Of a stretch of DNA of 64,000 bases, positions 28,020 through 36,200 are shown piece after piece (positions within the stretch are counted from its first letter, which is position 1; every line of letters starts with the position of its first letter). The translations under genes and the position numbers were made by a program. Below the pieces are notes generated by a model. It did not search any database, was not told the DNA's origin, and worked only from the letters and a program-made list of their open reading frames with translations. The DNA comes from a virus (Duplodnaviria > Caudoviricetes), in the IMG/VR virus record IMGVR_UViG_3300033120_000864, positions 32,001 to 96,000 of that record; one strand, written 5' to 3'.

Positions 28020-28513
28020 TGGAAGAAAAATATTATTTTATCAGTAGATCTAGAGACTATGCTGATGAATTCGATACTCATGGTTGTGGTGTTATGACTC
28101 AGGCTGAATATACTAAAGCTAAAGAAATAACAGATGAAACATTAGACAAATTCTTTAATAGGCAAAAAGTATCTGATCTTACTGAAGAAGAATTTAATAA
28201 GGTTAAGGCACAATATCCATTTAGTAGTGAATATTTTCACAATGAACTTGGAGAAAAGTTTCGCTATAAATATTTAAGTGATCTTAACTATTGCCATTAC
28301 CTTGAACACAAAGAAGCTGTAGAAAAGAAGATTAGACAATGCTCTAGAGAACTTGAAGTTGGTTTTGGTACTAATGAGTCTCATGAGTATAGATCTATTG
28401 AAGATTACTACAGTGATTTGATTGTGAAAGAAATTGATAGTACTGAATATGAAGTACTAAAAAAATTCTTTCCAAGAAAGTTTGGAATACTACAATTCCC
28501 TTTATCACATTAA
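28019..28513 (+). CDS. Hypothetical protein
   Basis: TAATG-coupled ORF. Confidence 0.6.
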   Translation: MEEKYYFISRSRDYADEFDTHGCGVMTQAEYTKAKEITDETLDKFFNRQKVSDLTEEEFNKVKAQYPFSSEYFHNELGEKFRYKYLSDLNYCHYLEHKEAVEKKIRQCSRELEVGFGTNESHEYRSIEDYYSDLIVKEIDSTEYEVLKKFFPRKFGILQFPLSH

Positions 28514-28514
28514 A

Positions 28515-28655
28515 ATGATGAAATGGATTTGTAAATTGTTTGGTCATGATTGGAAGTATAATTTTAAATCAATAGCAGACAAAAGAACTTGTAGAAGATG
28601 TGGAGTTGTTTATAAATTAAACACTCCCTCTCTACAGTATATTGAAAGTAAGTAA
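28515..28655 (+). CDS. Small DUF1660-like phage protein (46 aa, absent from ORF track)
   Basis: MMKWICKLFGHDW...RTCRRCG...; C-x3-GH-x-W plus CxxC. Confidence 0.7.
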   Translation: MMKWICKLFGHDWKYNFKSIADKRTCRRCGVVYKLNTPSLQYIESK

Positions 28656-28667
28656 TAAGTTTACTTA

Positions 28668-29711
28668 ATGTCGAACAAAATATCTGCTAGAATTATAGCA
28701 GACAGTGAAAATATAGAAACAGGAGATAGAATTACAACATTTGTATGTGTATTTCCTAGAATAATTTTAGCTGAGTTAAATACTCATAGAGCCTTCTCAA
28801 GAAATAGTGCAAGTAGTAGGGCTATTCCATTTAAAAGGATGGTAGAAATGGTACAACAAGATCCTTTTATTCCTATTGCATGGCAAAAAGATCATAAAGG
28901 AATGCAAGGTACTGAATATATTACAGATGAAAAGGATGCTAGTTTTATGGAATATAGTTGGAGACTAGCTAGAATTCAAGCCATAAAGAGTGCCGAGCTT
29001 ATGAATGGTAGAGGATGTACTAAACAACTTTGTAATAGAATTCTAGAACCTTTTATGTGGCATACAGCTATCATAACAGCTACAGAATTTGAGAATTTCT
29101 TTAAATTAAGATGTCCTAGATATAAATATACTTATTCTCAGGGAGTAAGAGATATTAATTATTGTGAGGAGATTATACATTTTAATAGTAAAAAAGACTG
29201 GTTAAGATTTAAAAATTCTTTATCTACAGAAGCAGAATGTTATAAAAATCATCCTACTCCAACTAATGATATAGAATGGTTAAAGATTAATGAAGGACAA
29301 GGAGAAATTCATATAATGGCTTTAGCTGAGGCTATGTGGGATACTCTTAATGAATCTAGTCCTAAAAGACTTTTAAGTGGACAATGGCATATTCCTTTTG
29401 GAGATAATATTGAAACAAGAAGAGTTTTTACAGATATTCTTAAAAAGGATATTGATCATTCTGATAGTAGTAAGTATAGCAAAGAAGCTGATGAAGCTAA
29501 AGCAAAAATTGCCACTGCAAGATGTGCTAGAGTGAGTTATTTAAATTTTGAAGGTAAGGATGATTATGAAGCTGATATAAAGCTACATGATATATTATTG
29601 AGTAGTGGACATATGTCACCATTTGAACACTGTGCAAGAACCATGGATGAATCTAGAAGAAGTGGAAACTTTAAAGGATTTCTCCAATATAGAAAAATGG
29701 TAGAAGTATAA
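28668..29711 (+). CDS. thyX: Flavin-dependent thymidylate synthase
   Basis: ELNTHRAFSRNSASSRAIP, KQLCNRILEPF, ARCARVSY, GHMSPFEH. Confidence 0.9.
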   Translation: MSNKISARIIADSENIETGDRITTFVCVFPRIILAELNTHRAFSRNSASSRAIPFKRMVEMVQQDPFIPIAWQKDHKGMQGTEYITDEKDASFMEYSWRLARIQAIKSAELMNGRGCTKQLCNRILEPFMWHTAIITATEFENFFKLRCPRYKYTYSQGVRDINYCEEIIHFNSKKDWLRFKNSLSTEAECYKNHPTPTNDIEWLKINEGQGEIHIMALAEAMWDTLNESSPKRLLSGQWHIPFGDNIETRRVFTDILKKDIDHSDSSKYSKEADEAKAKIATARCARVSYLNFEGKDDYEADIKLHDILLSSGHMSPFEHCARTMDESRRSGNFKGFLQYRKMVEV

Positions 29712-30259
29712 TGGAGCATAACACCTTATTTGTTAATTTGTTTGCTGGACTAGGATGTGGAAAATCAACTCATGCTGCTGGAGTATTTTATGAGCTTAAA
29801 AAACAAAATGCTAAAGCAGAATATATTCAAGAATATGCAAAAGATGCAACTTGGAGAGAAGATTTTTTCACATTAGGTTGTCAACCTTATATAACAGGAA
29901 AACAGCTATTTAGACAATACAGAGTTAATGGTAAAGTCGATATAGCAATTACAGATAGTCCTTTGTTAATAGGACTCGCTTATTCTGGTTTTGGAGTTAC
30001 AGATAGCTATAGAAAATGGCTAGTTGAGGCTCAAGCATTATTCAATAACTTGAATATTCTACTTATAAGAAATACAGATGTTCATCCATATCAGCCATAT
30101 GGAAGAAATCAAAGTGAAGAACAGGCTAAAAAAATAGATGGAGCTATTAAGATAATGTTAGATGACTATGGTATAGAATATCATGTCATTCAAGTAGGAG
30201 ATAACTCTCTTAATGAAATATTATCTCTAATAGAGAAGAACAAATTATTAAAACAATAA
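29711..30259 (+). CDS. P-loop kinase/ATPase (NadR/AAA_28-like)
   Basis: AGLGCGKST, EYAKD, ITDSPL, GRNQ. Confidence 0.75.
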   Translation: MEHNTLFVNLFAGLGCGKSTHAAGVFYELKKQNAKAEYIQEYAKDATWREDFFTLGCQPYITGKQLFRQYRVNGKVDIAITDSPLLIGLAYSGFGVTDSYRKWLVEAQALFNNLNILLIRNTDVHPYQPYGRNQSEEQAKKIDGAIKIMLDDYGIEYHVIQVGDNSLNEILSLIEKNKLLKQ

Positions 30260-30266
30260 TTTTAAT

Positions 30267-30635
30267 ATGGAAGTTAAAGTGGTATTAGCTTTGCTATTCT
30301 TACACTGGGTTGCAGATTTTCTTCTGCAGACAGATTGGCAAGCTAAAAATAAAAGTAAGAATAATAACGCATTACTAAGACATACAGCTATATATTCTTT
30401 AGTATTTACAATAGCAGCTACAATATATGGTATATACACAGTGAATGATTTTTTTGGACTAAGCTTTGGTTTTATTACCTTTGTTTGCCATACAATCACT
30501 GACTATATAACTAGTAGAATAAACACCTATTTGTATGCTAAAGGAGATGTACACAATTTCTTTGTTAGTGTGGGATTTGATCAGTTTTTGCATTTTGCAC
30601 AATTATTAATAACATTTAAACTTTTACATGGATAA
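30267..30635 (+). CDS. DUF3307-like membrane protein
   Basis: HWVADFLLQT, H..IY, H...DY, GFDQFLH. Confidence 0.8.
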   Translation: MEVKVVLALLFLHWVADFLLQTDWQAKNKSKNNNALLRHTAIYSLVFTIAATIYGIYTVNDFFGLSFGFITFVCHTITDYITSRINTYLYAKGDVHNFFVSVGFDQFLHFAQLLITFKLLHG

Positions 30636-31032
30636 TAAATATGCTTTATTTTTGGATGCTAAAAGGTTTCCTGGAGACGCTAGAGTGGAAACAGGGAATC
30701 CAGATTATAGTAGAGCATGGATAGTTGTAAAAAGCTATTCTCAATTTATTAATGCTGTCAAGAGTAGAGGGTTACCTGAATTGGTATCCTTTGATCATGA
30801 TATAAGTGATAAGAGAACATGGTTTACTACTAAGTATCCTGACGCAGAATTAACAGGACATGATTGCGCTAAATGGTTAATAGAATACTGTATCATAAAT
30901 AGAAGAAGATTTCCTGACTTTCTTGTACATTGTAGAGATGACGATGAAGCCATGGAACTAAACTTCTTATTGAATGGATATAAAACAAATGAAGATGCCT
31001 ACATACAAAGTAGCGATATGTGCTATTGTTAA
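30628..31032 (+). CDS. Cyclic-phosphate-processing receiver-like domain protein
   Basis: LFLD..R.P, W.VVKSY..F, GLP..VSFDHD, TG.DCAKWL..YC, VH. Confidence 0.7.
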   Translation: MDNKYALFLDAKRFPGDARVETGNPDYSRAWIVVKSYSQFINAVKSRGLPELVSFDHDISDKRTWFTTKYPDAELTGHDCAKWLIEYCIINRRRFPDFLVHCRDDDEAMELNFLLNGYKTNEDAYIQSSDMCYC

Positions 31033-31726
31033 GAATGAAGGAGAATATTTAGAGGAATGGTACTTGCATCATAATAGATTAGGAATTAACCATTTCTTTA
31101 TCTATGACAATAATAGTACTGTTCCAATAAAGAATAACTTTTTGAGAGATAGAGATAATGTCTCTATTACGTTTTGGAAAGATGATAAGCATGGAAGTCA
31201 AAATAGAGCTTATAAACATTGTTGTGAAACTCACTCAGACTATGACTATATATTATTTATAGATATAGATGAGTTTCTAATGTTTAGTAAAAAGTACACT
31301 AATATTAATGATTTCCTAGAAGCTTATGTAGCTAAGGTTGGTAAATTTAATGGACTAGGAATATCTTGGAGAATGTATGGAAAAAGAATGCCATATTTTC
31401 AAATAAGACAACCAATGGAATCTTATACTCAGTATTTTGATAATGAGCATATTAAATCATTGGTTTCTCCTAAAGCAGTGATACATTTTCCTGATCCACA
31501 CTGTCCTGTATTAACAGGAAAGTATATGAATGAAAATGGAAACTCTATTAAAGGACCTCTTAATCCTCATACATCCACTGATATTTGGATCAAACATGTT
31601 TGGACCAGATCTTTAAGTGAATTTAAAGAAAAGATTGAGAGAGGAGATGCCAACTTAAGAGTTAAAAATAGGAGGATAGAAGATTTTGAAAATCATAATG
31701 ATCAATGTAAAAAAGATGACATTTAA
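30974..31726 (+). CDS. GT-A glycosyltransferase (GT2/GT92-like)
   Basis: AICAIVKNE..YL.EW..HH..LG..HF.IYDNNS; FIDIDEF DxD motif. Confidence 0.85.
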   Translation: MDIKQMKMPTYKVAICAIVKNEGEYLEEWYLHHNRLGINHFFIYDNNSTVPIKNNFLRDRDNVSITFWKDDKHGSQNRAYKHCCETHSDYDYILFIDIDEFLMFSKKYTNINDFLEAYVAKVGKFNGLGISWRMYGKRMPYFQIRQPMESYTQYFDNEHIKSLVSPKAVIHFPDPHCPVLTGKYMNENGNSIKGPLNPHTSTDIWIKHVWTRSLSEFKEKIERGDANLRVKNRRIEDFENHNDQCKKDDI

Positions 31727-32006
31727 TGTATTTAGTATTCAAGATGAGAATAAAGGGCCTTATAGACTGGTAGAAATAAACTTTGGACCAGAGGAAGCAT
31801 TTGATGAAAGTTATTATGATGATTCAGAACCATTACAAATAGCTATTGGACTTATGATTGAAATCCTAGAAGCTAAAGGTATAAAAGACCAAGTAGACTC
31901 TGTGGAAAGGAATCTTATAAGATATATAGATGGATCATATTCAGCTGTAGTATTTTATGAGAAAATAAAGGAATTCTTTGAAGAATTAGAAGAGGAGACA
32001 AGATGA
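31686..32006 (+). CDS. Hypothetical acidic protein (likely ATG start 31716)
   Basis: ORF in operon. Confidence 0.55.
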   Translation: MKIIMINVKKMTFNVFSIQDENKGPYRLVEINFGPEEAFDESYYDDSEPLQIAIGLMIEILEAKGIKDQVDSVERNLIRYIDGSYSAVVFYEKIKEFFEELEEETR

Positions 32007-32332
32007 AGGTATATAAAATATGGGATCTTGATGCTAAAAAGTATGCAGAATCTTTTAGTAGAAATGTTTGGCAACAAAAACCTACTCAAGCTATCAAACA
32101 TCTAAAACAAAGAAGTGCTCATGATTATGAAATTCATATGTTTCAGTTATATAAAACTGATAAACATATGAATAATATAATTGGCTTTCATACTTTAGAA
32201 GAATTAGCTGCTTATGAAAAAGGAAGAGATCATGAACAAAATGTTATTATAGACTTCCTAGGTAAATGGGAAGGAAGTACTAACAGTGTTATGGGACAAA
32301 TTTTAAAAGAGTTTGTTGATAAACACAGATAA
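32003..32332 (+). CDS. Hypothetical protein; last gene of the + block
   Basis: ATGA coupling; followed by terminator. Confidence 0.6.
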   Translation: MKVYKIWDLDAKKYAESFSRNVWQQKPTQAIKHLKQRSAHDYEIHMFQLYKTDKHMNNIIGFHTLEELAAYEKGRDHEQNVIIDFLGKWEGSTNSVMGQILKEFVDKHR

Positions 32333-32334
32333 AT

Positions 32335-32376
32335 AAAAAAGCCCCTTGGAAATTAATCCTTGGGGCTTATTATTTT
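32335..32376. terminator. Probable bidirectional intrinsic terminator at the convergence of the two blocks
   Basis: AAAAAA-GCCCC..GGA-AATTAA-TCC..GGGGC-TTATTATTTT. Confidence 0.8.
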
Positions 32377-32410
32377 ATACTCTTTTATGAGTTCCTTTGG
32401 TAGCAGGAAG

Positions 32411-32671
32411 TTATCCTTTGATAGGTACTTCAGGAGTAGGATCTGCTGAAGGAGCATCTGGTGTAGGCTCTGGAGCTGGACTGTCTACTAAATTAATAGT
32501 ACTTACAGCTGCCTCCACTTTATCAAGGAAAATAGCGAGTATCTCATTAGCTTTATCTACGTTAGCTTGTGAGAGTATTTGATAGTTTTTTAATTCTATC
32601 ACTGAAGATGAAATTATAGAAATAGTTTGTGCTACCTCTACAAGGGTTGGACCATTGTTGTTGTCTGCCAT
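32411..32671 (-). CDS. Hypothetical protein with Pro-rich tail
   Basis: ATG start, A-rich leader, in the - strand operon. Confidence 0.6.
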   Translation of the reverse strand: MADNNNGPTLVEVAQTISIISSSVIELKNYQILSQANVDKANEILAIFLDKVEAAVSTINLVDSPAPEPTPDAPSADPTPEVPIKG

Positions 32672-32685
32672 TTATTGTTGTTTAT

Positions 32686-33000
32686 TTAGTTACTAACTTT
32701 CTTTTTCTTTGTCTTAGGTTCTACAAAAACAGGAGCTTTAGTATTTTCTTTAGCAACCTGTTCATCAAACTGAACAAAGAAATCTTCTCTAAGAGTTCCA
32801 TCTTCATTTAAATCTTCTGGATAGAATGCTTTAACATTTCCTCTCTGAAAATTATCTTGCTGAACAATATTTAGCACTGTAATAGCATTTTCAAAAAATC
32901 TCAATGTTTTGTTAATTTGATCAAACATTGCTCCATTAATAACGATCTCATCTGTGGGTCTCCATGTAAACCCTCTTGGTTGTCTTTCTTGATTTTCCAT
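32686..33000 (-). CDS. Hypothetical protein
   Basis: ATG start, in the - strand operon. Confidence 0.65.
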   Translation of the reverse strand: MENQERQPRGFTWRPTDEIVINGAMFDQINKTLRFFENAITVLNIVQQDNFQRGNVKAFYPEDLNEDGTLREDFFVQFDEQVAKENTKAPVFVEPKTKKKKVSN

Positions 33001-33002
33001 CT

Positions 33003-33125
33003 TTATTTATCTAATTCTTTTTTCAATTCTTCATAAACTTCAATTAGAGTTCTACCTCCATGAACAATTTTCCATTGTTCTAAAGCTATCTTCATAACTT
33101 CTAAGTTATATTCTGCTTGTAACAT
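33003..33125 (-). CDS. Small hypothetical protein (40 aa, absent from ORF track)
   Basis: MLQAEYNLEVMKIALEQWKIVHGGRTLIEVYEELKKELDK*, between promoter and 32686-33000. Confidence 0.6.
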   Translation of the reverse strand: MLQAEYNLEVMKIALEQWKIVHGGRTLIEVYEELKKELDK

Positions 33126-33152
33126 AATATTTATTTTTAATTTTCAACAATA

Positions 33153-33184
33153 CAAAGATACAAATAATATCTGACATTACCAAA
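33153..33184 (-). promoter_or_regulatory. Bacteroidota consensus promoter for three small - strand genes
   Basis: On - strand TTTG-N20-TATCTTTG. Confidence 0.8.
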
Positions 33185-33194
33185 TATTTAATGT

Positions 33195-33237
33195 TAAAAA
33201 AATAAAAGGGCGATACATTTTTTTTAATCCAGCCCTT
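33195..33237 (-). terminator. Intrinsic terminator after the giant-protein operon
   Basis: - strand AAGGGC...GCCCTT stem followed by TTATTTTTTT. Confidence 0.6.
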
Positions 33238-33238
33238 C

Positions 33239-36200
33239 TTAGTGTGCCCTAGAATTAACAGCTTTATTATAGTTCTTAGCCATTTCTTGTGGGCTTCTCA
33301 TCTTAGTAACATTATAGATACCTGTAATCTTTTCAAAGTCAGTTATCCATTTCTTATCTCCTGCTTCATGTAATTTACTTGTTTTTTCATACTCAGCCTG
33401 AGTAACAAAGTCTTCAAATAAATGAGCATATGCAAATAGTACATTTTTAGTACCAAATTCATAAATGAAGTCAGAATACTGTTTAGGACTCACTAGGGTT
33501 TCTGTTTCAGTCTTAAGTCTTAAACTTTGATATAGGATGTATGCTTCTGCATTACTCATCTCGTCTATAGCACTATTCTTATCTTTATCATCTCCACCAC
33601 CCATAAGAGCACTAGTAATTATATAAAGAGAAATAATAGTTCCAAGTTGAGTACAGAATTTAAGAGCATCTCCTTGTTCTTGTTTAGTCATTAAATTAAT
33701 ATCAGCACTTCTAATAGCTCTTGATAAACCATTTACCATAGAAGGAAGGAATCCAAGATGCATACCAGTGTTAGGATTGAATCTAGGTTTAAAATAAATT
33801 CCTTTATTAAAACTGAAATCAACTCCAGAGAAAGCATACATATTGATAAACTTAGCTAAGAAGAATCTTTTTAAAAAGCTTATAAGCCCCCATGAAGAGT
33901 ATTGATCCATAAAAGTTTTATCTAATACAGAATATCCACCCTGAGCATCTCTCACAGATTTTTGTATATCATTCTTTAGTTCAAAAAACTTCTTACCTGT
34001 AAATAAATTCCAATCCTCATCTATACCTTTCTTAAGTCTCACTATTCCATCAGGACCAAGTTCATAAGCATCAGCTAAGGAAATAGTTTCTCCATTATAA
34101 TCTACTTTAGTAGTGTACATATAAGCAGCATATATTCTTCCTTGAATATAATCCTCAGTCTTAGCTCTATTGCCTGTAATAATATCTAATGACATAGCAT
34201 ATCTAGCTTTAGACTTTCCATTAGTTAATGTTTCATCTAATTGCTTTTCAGAAACAGGTTCAAATGCTTCAAATAACTGTGTGTCAGCAGAGAATTTACC
34301 TAAGTCTTCATTAAAAAAATCAGTAAATCTATTACCCATAATTCTTGTATGTAGAGCTAAAGATTTAGCATAATCAGCTCTTGAATACTTATTGTGTCCT
34401 GCATTAATAATATTAGATGTAATACCATCTATTAAGTTAGTGAAGATAGAACTAAAGTTAGATCCTAACGCTTGAATAGCACCTGCAGATTTAATTCCAG
34501 ATACAATCTTATCACCTTTCTCACCTAATTCAAAAGCTTTACCAGCTCCAAAAACATCTCTATTTACAAAGAAGTCTAACGAACTAACTCTGGCATTTGT
34601 ATTAGTCTTAAAAAAGAATATCTTAGAATCCTTAATAGGAAATCTTTCAAACACTCCTTTAAGAGCTTTAGCATATATAAGTGATTCTTTTAATACTTCG
34701 CTTTCTTTTAAAGAACCTCCATAGTGTAAAATAGAAGATCTAATATCTCTTGATACTTGATCTATTTCTAAATCTTCAAGATACTTAACAGGAATTGTAG
34801 TCCTTTGTTTTGTTTCTTGAGTATCAAAGAATTCAGCATCCTCATCATATACATCTTCCACTTCAGCATCAGGATTACCTGTACCTGAAGAGAAATCTGT
34901 TAAAGATTCCCATTTAGATTTAACTCTACCTGGTAAATCTTTCACTGCTTGTATAGGAGATTTAACCCCTCTTAAATTTCTCTCATAAGAACCTCTTCTT
35001 TTTCTAGGAACATCCATCCATAGCTTATTATTATATGAATGAGAAAGTTCTTGATTTTCAAGATGATATTTTTTAGCAATTTCCAAAATATTGAATAAAG
35101 CTTTATCTTTATCATTAGTACTTTTAGCAAGTCTAAAATAATCATTATTTATATATTTCTTGTCAGGTACATCAACCTTAGGTAAAAAGTTCCCTTTATT
35201 ATCTGTAGTTATACCAACAATCTCAGGAGTCTTATACTCATCTTTAATTGTTCTATAAGTATAATCTCTAGAAGGTTCCGTTCTTACATAAGCAGGATTA
35301 GATGGAAGTACTCTACTCCAAAAGTAAAGTCTTTGCCATTTTTCTACTTTACCTTTAATTTCTGGATCAAATACTTCAGTTTTTATATGATTCTTTTTAA
35401 ACCATTTAGCAAAGGTTTCATCTTCTTGTAAAAGAATTTCTAACACTGGAGAATCCAATATATCTACACCTGCTAATTTACCTTCTTCATCTAATTTAAG
35501 TGGAGAAGCATTATTAAAAGCTTGTACATAATAAGATGTAGGAATTCTTGAGCTAAGATTTTTAAGCTGCTCAAATAATTGAATTATATCATCTTTCATA
35601 GATTGACTAACTCCTAAATCTTTACTTTTATCTCTAAGAGCTTGGAATTCATTCCATTCTTCAGTAGAAAGTCCTTTTGCCTTTTGATCAAACAGTTCTT
35701 TGAATCTCACACTTTCTTCTTCAGAAAGACCTGAGAACATTTGAAATCTATGTTTAACTTCTTCTATCTTTTCTTGAACCTCTTTTACTTTCTGAGCTTT
35801 ATTTTCAGAGATTTCTATACCAATAGGTTGTCCATCATCATCTCTAAATCCATAGATTTGACCAATAAGTTCCTTATATAAATCAGCAAGTTTAGAAGCT
35901 CTAAGTTCTGATTGAGGAATATTTTCTAGTAAAGAGTTAAGTTTATTTATTAACACTTCTCTTTCTTTGTAATATGCATCATCAATAACAGTACGAGTAT
36001 TATCTTTAAGCCATTCTTCTACCTTCTGATTATATTGTTCAGAGTCTTCACCATAAGCTAAAGCCATTTTTCTAGAGTAATCTTCTTTATCTCTTTCAAA
36101 AGCTTTATTATTAGTATGATAATCCCAGAAATTTCTACTTTCTGCAGATATCTCTTGAGCTCTTTGAGCAACTCTTAAAGCCATATCTGTTTTTTGATCA

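Noticed and set aside
14397-29711. Inteins in RNR or ThyX
   Set aside because: RNR is normal length; the ThyX insert is short and lacks intein terminal or LAGLIDADG motifs
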